Shown one piece after another: positions 1-14,398 of a DNA stretch of 41,424 nt (position 1 is its first letter; every line of letters begins with the position of its first letter). This stretch comes from Perkinsus chesapeaki ATCC PRA-425. Lineage: Eukaryota > Protista > Perkinsozoa. The position numbers were made by a program, and so were the translations under genes. The DNA is taken from NCBI GenBank assembly GCA_013115145.1, contig JAAPAO010000302.1, forward strand, positions 1 through 41,424. Direction: 5' to 3'. A model generated the notes under the pieces. That model was not told the origin of the DNA, did not search any database, and saw only the letters and a list, made by a program, of their open reading frames with translations.

Positions 1-824
1 TCAACTTTTGGAGTGTGTTCGGGTTTCGGGTTTGAGTATTCCTCCCGCACTCCCGTGTTCGATGGGATTTTATTGGAGCCAGTCGTCCATCTTTAGAACC
101 ACAGATGTCTGAGAGGTGCATGATGCACCGTGCATCCTTCAAGATTCTTCAAGAAATAGTACTGGCGGCACTGAATGGCCTGCGTCGTTTTGAGCCAGCC
201 GGGCCCTGGCTATCTTTGCACTCTCCTCTGGCGTTTCGCGGTTTGCTATTGGCTATGTGGCTCCTAGTCGCACGCATACGTTACGGTTTCCTGGATTTAA
301 AATTACACGACACGCAATTGTCCGACTTCAGGCACACTACGTGTAAAACGCACGAGATATGAAAAACTCGTGGTATGAAAACGCGAAGCGGTTTCAGTGC
401 GGATGACTTCGCGTTTCACGCGTTTTTTAAATTAGCTCGCCGGTGAAGGTCCGTCGCAACTCGGCCTGCTGGGGACAGATTAGTCCTTGAGCTCGGCTTG
501 TTTTATTGAGGAGAGATAAGCCTAGCCTTTCGCGAAGATTAAAACAATTTTGTATCATTTATTGACTGAGAAACGTGGTTTGCATCACTGTAGTAGCCGC
601 CACTCTCGAGTTGGAGTGACTCAATCTGAAGGGATATTGGTAGTCATTCGCAACGAACTGAACCAACTGTAGAAATTTGTGACTGAGAGCTAATCGAAGT
701 TGTAGAGCCGATGTGCATGTGTACAGGGTGAAGTTAGTCTCTGGGTACGAATCGTACCAGACAAGAATCCTTGGCAGGAACTTCCTGTGAATCATTTAGC
801 GACGCTTGAATCCCAATCAATCCA

Positions 825-3800
825 ATGACTAGCAAAAACTCGCTCACGGAATCCGAGCAACCGCTTGCCGACCTACATGAGGTGCGGTCGATCTACGTGC
901 GCGGCTCGCTGATCATCGACACGCCCAGTTCAGACGTCATTGACGTGTGTACACTAGGTTCTGGAGGACCCCGATGAATCAAAGAAGTTTCTGGGGGACC
1001 CCATCTGGTGGAAGTGCTTCGATCAAATAGACAAGAGGAGGATTTTCAAAACGAGCAGCGCGGAATACAAGAATTTGAGGATCATGTTTTTTGACGCGCT
1101 AGCCTACATAGCATTTGTAAGTGCGAGTAAAACCCCGCCAATCCATACGATACGTCAAAAGGTCTTAAACTGCAATTGCTTTCAGCTCATCATTCTAACG
1201 TTGCTGGCATATAACTCTCAAGGGGCTTTGGAATATGAAACTAGGGAACATCAAATGAGGTGAATAACTTCCGCTGATAACCGCAAAGGCTCTCACCGGC
1301 CAATAGCCGATGTTTGAATTCTGGACTTCGAGGTATTGGGCTGCCTGCAGCAACGGAGCTGCAAGTTGTGGTCTGCGCGGGGTTGACAGTGTGCGCACTT
1401 TCTGGTCATGGATTTTGGACGACTTGGTAAAATGCATAGAACCCTAACAGTTGAGTTTGAAATAGGTGAGCCTCTCACAAACACAGCCGCTTGAGCAAGA
1501 CGACCCTGGGTTTGGATTCAGTTTTCAGCCCGCTGACCTCATACGGAAAGAAAATGTAACGAGAAACTCTTACTCGGAACACAGCCTGTCATTTTGGTAG
1601 GTCAGAACCATGCAGACGAGCTTCGGCGGGAACGACTTCACAGTAACACATCATCCTGCTGTACTCAAGCATTCGTCTGCCTTCACCATCATACTAGGTG
1701 ATTTGATGCAGGAATTCATATGGCCTCGCAGAAGTGTGTCCATCGAGAATCGAAGAATGATCATAATGCGAAGATAGCAAGGAACTTTTGCTGGAAGATA
1801 TGTTCCTAGACTGATATAGAATGTCTAATACATTCCTTTTGGAAACATCTCATGATCCTCAATGGCTCCCTGTTCTGATGTCTTTTAAAGAGACGTTGAG
1901 TCTATCCTCAGGGCCTATACGAATAAGACAACTCCGCGTTGAGAAGAATAAAGGCTGTGAGGTGTCCCAGCTTTATAGGTAGTGACGGTAAACCAAGTAT
2001 TACCTCATATCTGAAGTCAGACAATTGGTATCCGATTGCTACAGTAAGTTCACTGAGGGAAGCAGTGAGAGCCGAGCGTCCTTCGGGTCCTCTCAAACAC
2101 CATCGTAGCAGTCTCAATTAGGCTGTATAAATCGCAGATGTACCTCAGTTACATCATGCCGGCTTTCGAGTGGGCCGATGCGTCACAAACGGGTGGTGCA
2201 GGCATTACGAGCGGGGGCATCCTTGCTATTGGGAAAGTCAGTGGTTCCAGGTGAGATAGACGGCAACGCACTAACTATACGGGAGACTAATGCCAGTTAC
2301 CCAGGCAGCGGGTTCTACTTCGATCTGCCGCACAATAGCAGTATAGCAAGAAATATGTTGACGGACTTTCAGGTGAGTATATCTCACTGCCGAACCCTAA
2401 TCGTGTCCAAGTCCTTCTTAGAATTCGCACTGGATAGACGCATCGACTCGAGCCGTGATAGTGGAGATACCGACGCTCAGCCCCAATACAAGGGTCATCG
2501 CAACTATCCGTATCCTCTTCGAATTTAACCCGACAGGTCTGCTCCCTGAAAATATTCTATGTGATTTTTAGTACTTCAGGAACTGTAACAGTTTCGGAAA
2601 GGATATCTTCCTTTCCGATCCATGCCATATCCATCTCAACTGCTCACAGCGAAGAAGTCGCTTCCCTGCTTTTGCAAGTAACGCTGCAACCACTCTCCTC
2701 TATAAAGGAGAACTTCATCAGCTCCTATGTCTGTTGGCGCTGATGGCTTCGTCAACATGGATAGTATGGCAGGTCAAACACATCGGACTAGCAAGAGTGA
2801 TTCTTCCGTCCCTTCTCCTCATTTAACTTTTTTTGCAGTATCTTGCTTATGGCTGGAATGTAGTGGATGTGGTTATAGCCATATTACTGGCCTCTTACCT
2901 CCTCCTCCGAATTCAGGTAGAGGAGAAGCACAACTGTGCTTTGGCATTCGGTCACTACAGGTATACGTCGCCGTTGCTGGCAGTAACGCCCTCAGTAGTG
3001 ATAAGATCGGCCACCCAGATTACTTCCCCCCTCTTGCAGCCAAGGCGGGTGTCCCCTTGGAGAAAGCTACTACTATTCTGAGGTGAAGTTCATGCTTAAT
3101 GTGCCTACTCCATAGCGTCTCTAAATACCAACTTGGTATTGGTATTACCAAGCGAGGAGATCTGTCGAGAGTGCGTGGCTCTGGCCCGGTATCCAAATCC
3201 AAATGAGCTCGAATCATCGCCTAGCCACGTTGGGATGGGTCGTACGTGTTCTTGCTTATGATTAACCCTTCCTCGATTTTTTACCCAAATTTATTTGGTC
3301 TAGGACTACTCTTTATCCACTTTTACTGCCAGCACGTAATAAAATCATGTCTCAGCTTGGTCAATGTCCACGTATGTATCTGGATGGCTTCTCTTAAGAT
3401 TCTCTGCTTAGATTCTGTCAGTTTCCCTGTCCTTCATGCTGCTCAGTTTGTCCCGCTCAGTTGCATATGTGTCCTGGCATGGATCAAGTTCTTCAAGTAT
3501 CTCACAATAGGTTTACCCTTTCGCATGCTCGTTCGAGTAAGCTGCCGTTAATATCGTTCCTCATTGACTATTCTCTGCAAGGTATTGGAGCACAGCGCTC
3601 GTCAACTCCTTGTCTTTGGATCATTACTGGTCATCGTTGTCTTCACTGGATTCTCATTAGCTTTCTATGTTGGTATCGGTAGCATCGCCTCTGACTACTC
3701 CAACTCGACTCATGCATTTGCAACAGCAGTTTTCTCATTAATGATGACTGTAAGAAGAACGTTATCGCTCTGGGATCATTCCCGTTTCAGCTCCGTATCG

Positions 3801-5538
3801 ATCCTCGATGGTACCTACCCGGCAACGATACCCTCGGTGCCTTCCTCACGCTATGCTATGTTTTCATTATATACTTCATAACCGTTCCCATGTTCACTGC
3901 TATCGTTTTGGCTGCATTCTACGCTGTAAGCGAGTCGGACGGCGCCAGTGGCGCCAGTAGCAAATATCTTAATCGACCCGCTTCTAGAGATGTTAGCACC
4001 CCGGGGTCGATCAAAGTACGATGTTAACCATGATACTTGTTTAAGGGACCATCTTCCTTCAGAGTGCTGCAAGTCGATGGAGGCGCACGTTCAGCGATTT
4101 GTGGTCGGTAGAAAAGAACGTCGAGAGACGGAACCCAATGGTTGTCTTCCTGTACGTCTGTGGTAAGCGGTAGACTCATCAGTCTGAACGACGCGAGGTA
4201 CACGTTCTATAATGCTCTAAAGGGAGTGTCTGTGGACATTGAGCACGATGACGATTTCGGTTTACCCGAGGAGCAGGACATTCCCTTAAAAATGCTACCT
4301 GGGTAGACGGCCGCCTGGGCACTCGAAGGCTAAATACGCCCCCTTGGGTGATATCGCTGGCTTTCTTAGGGTTGTTGCTCATCGATGGTTTGAGCGGAAG
4401 CGACGACTGGCGCTCATTGTGGATAGGAATTTACATAGAGACAGCCACAAAGTAGCCTTATCGTTCATAGCACATACAGTGAATCGACGTAGATGCAAAC
4501 ACAGTTGTTGGTCTCAGGGAGGGAGTGATGACTCTCGGGCAACTTCAGCTGGTACAGGATCACATGAAAAGCCAACAAAGGAGGTTACCATGGTCACCAA
4601 GGTACATTGTGCAAGCAAACGACTGCACTTGCCACGTCTGTATGGCGTGTATCCTCAGCTTCTAGAAAGGACCCGCGAGATGCTTGACATACCCTCTGCG
4701 AGTGAGTTTCAACCAGCCTTACCGAGCCAAGTAGCCGACAAGGCTGATACCGTGCCTTCCGGACCAGCGAGCCTGTAGGCAATTCACCGAGAGCTCCTTT
4801 GAGCTCAGCATTAATAAAACTGCTTTATACTCACTGGACATGGGATATAGTCATTCGCAATCGTCAGGTATACTGTAGATGAAGACGCAGTAGAGAGAAC
4901 TACGTTAACTAGGACACAGTTACAACGCCTAATGGACGAGGATCGAGCTCTCCCGTTGATGCTGGGGACGAAGCGTGCCATCGATGTGATCAGGAGGTGC
5001 CTCTTGATGCGGAGTGTTGGCGTCTTGACTGCTTTAACAGGTTTAAATTCCCTGATGAGCATCCCGAGGTATCACATCCGATCGAAAAGGGTGCTGGTCC
5101 CGTTGCGCAGCTGCAAGAGAATTGGTATCGTAAGCTCGACCGTCTCGAGAAGATGGGACTCGATATCGAGACAAAGCAGGTATAGCTTTGAAAGCTATCT
5201 CCGAGTGGAGCCAATCCTGCCGTTCAGAACCCCTTCTGTCGGCAGTTAATTACGGAGCTGGACAGATCGCTCGATCACATGCACAGTGTCTGGCGTAGCG
5301 ATTTGCGTACACTTCTAGAAGCAGTCGGAAACCTTGCTGAAGAGCTACTTGATTTGATCAAAAGCCTAGAAACGGCGAAGGTGAAATAGTCGTGCGGAAA
5401 TGCATGGGTTCGACCATTTGCTACCAGGCAAACTATGTGACAATGTTGGACAAGGATGCGGAGTATGCTTTACAGCAGCAACAGCAACGCCGGCAGAGCG
5501 CATATTCGGCTGATAGCAGTGATGGCCCCAGTCAGTGA
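825..5538 (+). CDS. Polycystin-2 (PKD2/TRPP)-like cation channel, multi-exon (span includes introns)
   Basis: Exon translations follow PKD2 order: S1 IMFFDALAYIAF|LIILTLLAY; S4 WIKFFKYLTIGLPFRML; S5/pore SARQLLVFGSLLVIVVFTGFSLAFYVGIG...FATAVFSLM; S6 TLGAFLTLCYVFIIYFITVPMFTAIVLAAFYAV; C-terminal coiled-coil-like LITELDRSLDHMHSVWRSDLRTLLEAV. ATG at 825 and last exon ending TGA at 5538 inferred from GT-AG sites; an earlier stop at 5389 is possible. Confidence 0.8.
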
Positions 5539-5761
5539 TTCTCATGATTATGATATGGCTCGTCTTTGAAGGACAGCTGGTGTTGCGTTGTCCATTGATT
5601 ACACCTGAAGACCAACGACACTTCTTCGTTGTCACTGCGCGGTGCGTATGCTTCATATTACTCTTTGAATACAAATCGTTAGACGAAGTGTGACACTCCT
5701 GTAATCGCTTAATCCTAAACCACGATTCATGTGCTCGAGAGGAAAGACAGGGAGTTGCAGA

Positions 5762-8179
<2,418 letters not shown>

Positions 8180-8353
8180 TGTTTGTAACGAAAAGCTTCC
8201 ATTTTCCAAAAAAGCCGGTAGGCTTGAGCTTACAGTGCGGGTGTTCCTTGCCGCCCGTACTGTCAACACCCTCTTTGCCACGGTATATTCTAGACTTGTT
8301 CTACGCGGTGGGCTGCAATACCGTCAGTAAGGCTGGGCTAAGAGAGTTTCTCC

Positions 8354-8703
8354 TCATGTAAGACCTAGAGTATTAGTTCTCTCGCTAATCAGATTCAGCT
8401 TAATTCTATATCCATGTGGCCTTGTTGGAGACCCGACAGGGAACTTCCCAGAACAGCCAGAACGGCGAACCATATTCGCACAGTCCTCACCGGACAGCTT
8501 CCGATGTCGTCCAGTAGCTCGACATTCACACTTGTATTTGTTGGCTCTTCATTTCCGTGAGAAAAGCCGTACTGTGAGTATATCAATGAAGGTCCTGCCT
8601 GAGTCTATATGATAGCCCTTAACGCACATGGCATTGCCAATGCCGCGTTGAGTTACGATGATGTCAGCATGAGAGTGGCATAACGTAACGATTTGAGCCC
8701 GAT
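8354..8703 (-). pseudogene. Degenerate paralog of the small secreted protein at 16464-16841
   Basis: Minus-strand translation gives LKSLRYATLMLTSS*LNA..., a frameshift, then KGYHID...RK*RANKYKCECRATGRHRKLSGEDCANMVRRSG. This aligns to LNFMRYVILMLAASLLNG / KGYYID / KYKCKYQAVGRQVKLSGKDCADMVRNSR of the neighbouring copy. It has two in-frame stops. Confidence 0.75.
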
Positions 8704-9120
8704 AATGAACTCAACTGGACTCAAGGAGGCTGGCATCTACAACATCTTTACACAAACCTGTGGATCTACTACTAGCTAACAAATTCTGTTGATATATGTG
8801 GAATAATGGATGCATGCAATTGGGAGAAACCTTCGTATTACAAAATCAACCGCTCACTTTGTGGCCTTCACGTGCTATGAGTACGATCGTGTCCTTCGGA
8901 AACTTTAACACCAGAAGCCCGAATTCATCGAAGCAAATTCAGGCCTCAGCAACTAGGTTAAACTCAAGCCGATTCTGTAAGTTCCTATGTGATATAAAGT
9001 GGATCTACTGCCGACTGATGCACCTGTTCATTTAGAAATATTGGATGCAAACTCGCCCTTGTTCATGAATGTACGAAACTTCGCAAGTTTCGCGATTCGA
9101 AAGAAGCTCTAAGTGGACTC

Positions 9121-9496
9121 TCATTTCTTCTTCGTGTAGGTAACTGTGGACTTGCTCTGATAAAAAGTCAAGCGAGTCCGATCATCACTAAGTACGGGCT
9201 GTAAGGCCTTGGCCGTCAGGTTTGCACGAGAGTTGCGCACCATATCAGCACAGTCTTTACCAGACAACTTGACCTGACGCCCAACCGCTTGATATTTGCA
9301 CTTGTACTTCTTGGCAATGACAGGGCGTTTTCTTCTTCAGAATAACTGTACCATCACTCTTGAAGGTTATGCTCAAGTCGATATAATAGCCTTTGGGAGG
9401 GTTAACCGTAGGGACAAACTTCGCATTGAAGTACTGGCCATTGAGGAGCGATGCAGCCAGCATGAGGATGACATAACGCATAAAGTTTAGCATCAT
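9121..9496 (-). pseudogene. Frameshifted paralog of the small secreted protein (or a sequencing indel in an intact gene)
   Basis: N-terminus nearly identical to 16464-16841. One extra base in the T run at 9328-9331 shifts the frame. Removing it restores RPVIAKKYKCKYQAVGRQVKLSGKDCADMVRNSRANLTAKALQPVLSDDRTRLTFYQSKSTVTYTKKK*, with the stop at 9123-9121. Confidence 0.85.
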
Positions 9497-10252
9497 CGGC
9501 AAAATGCTTCGTCAATGCCTAACCGAGGAGTGAATGCGCGACAAATAGGAAGCGAATGGTGAATGCTGAGAATACGACCATAACATTGGCTGCAGCTTCA
9601 GCCTAACTAACCCTGTTGGATACGATATTCGCTATGTTTTAGGGGAACTCGGGAATTCCAAGCCCGTAATCGTACTGTCGTTGTCGTCCTGCAGCGCTTC
9701 CGTAGCAAAAGCTTTGCCACACAGCTATTCCTGCCTGGTTCTACCGGTCAATGGATCCGAAAATTCCATGAAAGACCCACAGAACACTAACACAGACCTC
9801 TCTCTCGTTTTCAACTTAGTAGCATACCACCCCATGACGTCAACCGATTGTGGTGTTCTTGGTTCGCAATGTAAATGGCATTCGATTTGAGTTTCACATG
9901 ACATGGCATACTGTGCTACTCTCGGAAATATCGCTCCTTCTGCTTGATTGAGTTGTGTTACAAGGTATGTCAAGGCGCTGGATTGCGCCATGTTTTGGCT
10001 TACAGGTTTGCCACTCGCAACCTCACTCTAATCGACTGAATCTTGAAAACTAGTGCAAAGTCTAAATCTAGAATACACAATTCCTTCGCGGTACACTTCG
10101 AGCCGGGGTCTCCGGCCCGGATAACGAGTTCTTCGGGCCGGTCCCGACAGTCACTGCTGGCTCAGCACCGAAACGCATCTAAGCCGCGCAGGTGAGTTTT
10201 AGTATCCAGCTTAGACTTGCACCAATTTGATTTAGCTCTAGATTACTTCAAC

Positions 10253-10400
10253 TAAATTCGTAGGTACGGGGGACTGGGAGGAAATGGTAAGGGCAAAGCT
10301 GCCTATAAGGCAAAGCTTAGCCCAACCATCGAAGCACTCACGTTAGGTCTCTGCAAATGAGTAACTCAAATGCAGAGGACTTAAGGTGAGCGCACTCCCC
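10253..10400 (-). repeat. Split direct repeat B2 (148 bp), 3' terminus of the element
   Basis: taaattcgtaggtacggggg...gtgagcgcactcccc, identical to 10612-10759. Confidence 0.97.
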
Positions 10401-10440
10401 GTACCCTGGAAAAACGAAAAAAAATGGGAAATGGGCAGGG

Positions 10441-10611
10441 AGGAGAAAACTCCACACAAGGGCGATCAACCTGAGTTTTCTGCTCTACTATATCATTATG
10501 AAACAGAAGCTACGCAGCTTACACAATGGTCAAATCTCAGAACATGGCGGAGCGAAGCGTCCCCCGAAGAACGAATTTACCCGCGTCGAACCTTGCAGGT
10601 TTAACTATACA
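10441..10611 (-). repeat. Split direct repeat A2 (171 bp)
   Basis: aggagaaaactccacacaag...gtttaactataca, identical to 15942-16112; abuts B1 directly. Confidence 0.97.
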
Positions 10612-10759
10612 TAAATTCGTAGGTACGGGGGACTGGGAGGAAATGGTAAGGGCAAAGCTGCCTATAAGGCAAAGCTTAGCCCAACCATCGAAGCACTCAC
10701 GTTAGGTCTCTGCAAATGAGTAACTCAAATGCAGAGGACTTAAGGTGAGCGCACTCCCC
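10612..10759 (-). repeat. Split direct repeat B1 (148 bp)
   Basis: Identical to 10253-10400. Confidence 0.97.
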
Positions 10760-10943
10760 AACTTCCTCCTAATCAGACTAAGTCAATCCCAAGCGAAACC
10801 GAACAAAAGGCGAAGACTCCGCCGTAGCCAACTTAGGGAATCAATTTACGAACACAAAAGTATAAAATAGTTATAAAACCTTAAATCACCACTAATAAAA
10901 ACCTAAACGATGGGTTAAGCCTTTATTCAGCCGCTTAACGCCC

Positions 10944-12083
10944 CTACCACAAGCGCTCACGCCAAACCTCGGCCGTTAGCTCAGAAAAGTATCCCGGAGC
11001 GTCAGCAACATGCTGAAGGTACCCTTCTAAAGAAGAAGAATTGCTCCAGCGGCCCATTTGGGCAAGTTCCACCAACGGAACGCCATACCGATGATAGATA
11101 ACTGCACCAGAGCGTCGCATGAGATGGGTTGTTGCATAACTAGGATGGCATCCAATGACATCAACCACTCTTGCTCTAAGTCGTTCAGCGAAACTCTGTC
11201 TGTCCGTATCGAACAGATTCGAATCCGGGGCTTCGCACAAAATAGATCTACGGACAAGACGGTGCGCTACGCAAGCATCCAATCCACACGTATGACCAGT
11301 AACCGGTATAGGGGCTACACATCCCAAAAACACCTTCTTTCCCATCCAATACTGGTCCGTTTTGGACTTATTTATAAATAAGCTAGCCCCCCCGCAAGTA
11401 ACTTGTACGTGGCCAGCCAAGAGAGAAAACAATTCAGAGCATCGAAAGAGTCCCATGACCCCCGCGAGCAATAGGTCCGAGTCAACTTGAGACATACCAG
11501 CAGCGACCGTGACTATCTGCTCCAAGGAGAGGGCTACGGCCTTCTTAGGCCCAGGATCTCCAACCACTTTTCTCGCAGCTCTTAAAGCTAATTCAATTAC
11601 TCGCTCTTCCTGGGCATTCAGATCTGAGACACCACGCTCTTTGAACTGTCTTCGAACATTGCCTAAATAGTTGGTTATAGTAGCATAGGCATAACTACTC
11701 GAAGCCATGGCGTGGAGCCACGCGACCACATTTATGACATTGAACTCCTGTGGATTTAAACCCGCTGCTTCCACAGCCGTCACATAAGACTTGTAAGCTG
11801 ATGATCTCTGCTTGTGAGTAGAATCTGAGAGGCCACTAGCCACGAAGTCTTCTAGGGTCTTAAGGGAAGATCGTGCCGCTGTTTCCTCAAGGCGCCGTTG
11901 ACGGCTGGTCCCTCGTGGAGCTGGAGTTCCACCCGGGCCACCCCCAGAGCAAACTACACGATTAACTCTACTTAGGGTAGGGTGGCTATATGGAGTACCA
12001 GGACGAATCAAAGGCCTCCAAACTGCTCGCATCGGGCGCCAAATTTTGTGGGAAGGACGGGTTTGCGGAAACTTTTCCGACAT
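10944..12083 (-). CDS. Tyrosine recombinase of the retroelement (379 aa)
   Basis: Complete catalytic set in order: GLFRCSEL (R), KSKTDQ (K), THLMRRSG (HxxR), MGRW, SLEGYL (Y). Upstream SAM-like/core-binding segment STHKQRSSAYKSY. Confidence 0.95.
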   Translation of the reverse strand: MSEKFPQTRPSHKIWRPMRAVWRPLIRPGTPYSHPTLSRVNRVVCSGGGPGGTPAPRGTSRQRRLEETAARSSLKTLEDFVASGLSDSTHKQRSSAYKSYVTAVEAAGLNPQEFNVINVVAWLHAMASSSYAYATITNYLGNVRRQFKERGVSDLNAQEERVIELALRAARKVVGDPGPKKAVALSLEQIVTVAAGMSQVDSDLLLAGVMGLFRCSELFSLLAGHVQVTCGGASLFINKSKTDQYWMGKKVFLGCVAPIPVTGHTCGLDACVAHRLVRRSILCEAPDSNLFDTDRQSFAERLRARVVDVIGCHPSYATTHLMRRSGAVIYHRYGVPLVELAQMGRWSNSSSLEGYLQHVADAPGYFSELTAEVWRERLW

Positions 12084-12217
12084 ATTAAGGAAAAGGAATC
12101 TTTATTCAGCCTAAATACCATTGACCTCTGAGTCCGAAACATGAGGGAAACGCAAGGCGGATTAGGGGAAAAGAAGAAGGCACAATTAGGCCGAGCAACT
12201 TCAAATCTAGAGGCAGT

Positions 12218-14398
12218 CTACGCCAAAACTTCTCTCCATGGTAGAGAGGAAACCAAATCTAATGCATCCACTTCTTCCCACTCTGTGGGTACTGCACAAT
12301 CACCAATACGACTCAACTGGTCTGCAGCAAAATTCTGCTTGCTAGCGAGGGTATGGATGCTAAGACTATCAAATGCTCGGTCTTCTTGAGACAAAAGGGT
12401 TGCAATAGCTCTCAAGACAGTTGACATTCTCTTTTTAGACGAATAACACTTTCTCAGACAATGTGCCGCCGCGCTATTGTCTGTGAAAAGGTGGAGTGGT
12501 AAGTCCTTGGGGGCATATCGCGTGGATAAAACAACCCCCAAACCGCTTGCCAGCAATTCAAGGACGGTCATGTCCATAGATGATGGCATGTGGCCACGCA
12601 ATAATGCACGCCGGAGAGGGCCTGGAAGACGATCCAACGATAACCGAAAGAACCAAGTTTTCTGAGAATTATCTTGGCACACAGACAGAAAACCACCCAG
12701 ACCAAAGGTACACGCATCGCATGCTGTAAAAGCCTTTCTGGAGACCGAGTTGTCGGGCGCAAAAATAGGTCTTGTAGTGTTCTCCAAAGCGGCCAGCCAG
12801 ACCCTAATATCTTTGCGAAGCTCTTTACCAACAGTAGCCACGTGCACGGTGCGGTCCATGTAACCAATCAAAGCATGAAACCGCTGTAGATAAGGCTTAA
12901 CCAAGGTCAAAACTTGACTGAACCACGTTAACCGACCAACAATACGACGGACTTGAGAAAGGGTAACCTTAGGTTGATGTAGCAACCGTTCCAGATCTCC
13001 CACAGTAGAGGTAATCTTATCAGCTGGGATATTTATACTAATTGTAGGTTGGACGGATACATTAAAACCCAGGACCTTCCAAGTGAAGGAATTTAAAACA
13101 ACCTTCTGCCAAGATATCCATAAGCCTAGGGCTTGAGTTAGCAACAAGACTCTCGCAACCGTGATCCTTTGGGCAGATGAAGGTATAAACAGAGTGAGAT
13201 CATCTATATAAAGAAAACCCAACATGGAGGTGCTGCTGTTGTCAAACATTCTGAAGAGCAAACGTCCCAAAGCTGAAGCAACTCTCGTCCAAAGGACTCC
13301 CGAGCTTCGCAGACCAAATGGCAGATTTCGGTGTCTAACCACCATTTTCTCAGGCCTACCATCGCCAAGTGAAGCCGGGGAGGAGATACACAAAAAAGAT
13401 CTCTCCGATTTGGCGACAACACAATGTCGATAGGCTCGCTGGAAGTCCAACTGGAAACCAACATACCTGTCGGAGTTACACCGAGAGATGTACTTAAGAA
13501 CAGCCTTTAGATCCGACAGAGACGGCAATGCCAGTGTCTCAGGGCACGTAAACGGGGTAATCTTACGATTTACCCCCGAACGTCGATAGTCCTCTACCAA
13601 CCTCCATGATGGTGGTGAACATGGAAGAGTTGGCTTGGGGATAGCGGCCACACGCGAAATTACAACGCCATCAATCTCGTCAGGCGGAACTATCTCCATC
13701 CGATTTGCCTTAAGCTCCTCCTGAATGTAATCGTAGACCTCCTTAGGCAAGGACTCAGCGGACGCATAATTCACAAAGGCCGAACGGAAATCAACAGGCT
13801 CCTTAGCAAGTTTGCTCGGAGAAAGAGAGAACGTTGGTAGGTTTCCAGCGACCGGAATACAATTTAGAATTCCGGCAGGAAACGGTTCATCAAGCATCTT
13901 GTATATGGATGCATCACTAACTTGGTCTCCAAACAAATCAGCAAGGGCAGACCAGAGCGGCGCACGAAAGGGGGCTCCACTGTGAGCAGGGCGATTCTCG
14001 CAACCAAGCAAAGAACATAAAGAAGAACGTAAGTCAGAAGCCGCGCCCTCGAAAACATCGGCGAACATAGTTTGTTCGCCAGGAGATAAGTTACCGGAAC
14101 GACCACCACGATATATTACATCAACCAGACCCCATTCCGATACAACCTCGTCAACAGCCTTCAAAACCGTCTTCTGAGACAAGCTCAGGTCGGGATAGCG
14201 AGCGCCAGGAGGAGGAAAATCGAGCCCAAAGCCAGATTTAAATTTGGTCTCGACCTGAACCGTGGGAGATGGCAGTGAACCGACTAAGTGCAAATTCTGC
14301 CTCATTGAATTGATCTCAGTCGAGTCAACCAACGAAGGAGTAGGGTAAGGGAAGCAAGAGAAAGATGATGGCATGAACAGAAAATATCTGAACAACAA
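12218..14398 (-). CDS. Reverse transcriptase-RNase H of the retroelement (first ATG at 14374)
   Basis: RT motifs WRLVEDYR, QLDFQRAYRH, LPFGLRSSG, FLYIDDL. RNase H acidic residues in TACDAC, LELLA, FTDNSAA and the DIRS-type NFAADQLSR. Confidence 0.95.
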   Translation of the reverse strand: MLFRYFLFMPSSFSCFPYPTPSLVDSTEINSMRQNLHLVGSLPSPTVQVETKFKSGFGLDFPPPGARYPDLSLSQKTVLKAVDEVVSEWGLVDVIYRGGRSGNLSPGEQTMFADVFEGAASDLRSSLCSLLGCENRPAHSGAPFRAPLWSALADLFGDQVSDASIYKMLDEPFPAGILNCIPVAGNLPTFSLSPSKLAKEPVDFRSAFVNYASAESLPKEVYDYIQEELKANRMEIVPPDEIDGVVISRVAAIPKPTLPCSPPSWRLVEDYRRSGVNRKITPFTCPETLALPSLSDLKAVLKYISRCNSDRYVGFQLDFQRAYRHCVVAKSERSFLCISSPASLGDGRPEKMVVRHRNLPFGLRSSGVLWTRVASALGRLLFRMFDNSSTSMLGFLYIDDLTLFIPSSAQRITVARVLLLTQALGLWISWQKVVLNSFTWKVLGFNVSVQPTISINIPADKITSTVGDLERLLHQPKVTLSQVRRIVGRLTWFSQVLTLVKPYLQRFHALIGYMDRTVHVATVGKELRKDIRVWLAALENTTRPIFAPDNSVSRKAFTACDACTFGLGGFLSVCQDNSQKTWFFRLSLDRLPGPLRRALLRGHMPSSMDMTVLELLASGLGVVLSTRYAPKDLPLHLFTDNSAAAHCLRKCYSSKKRMSTVLRAIATLLSQEDRAFDSLSIHTLASKQNFAADQLSRIGDCAVPTEWEEVDALDLVSSLPWREVLA

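Noticed and set aside
9725-9991. 88-aa minus-strand ORF as a fourth paralog of the secreted family
   Set aside because: Only a faint resemblance (TGRTRQE*LCGK); the signal peptide and KGYxID motif do not align.
10253-10759. Repeat-unique-repeat layout suggesting a CRISPR array or tandem assembly artefact
   Set aside because: Units are 148-171 bp and are fully explained as split direct repeats, since the middle unit recurs at 15942-16112.
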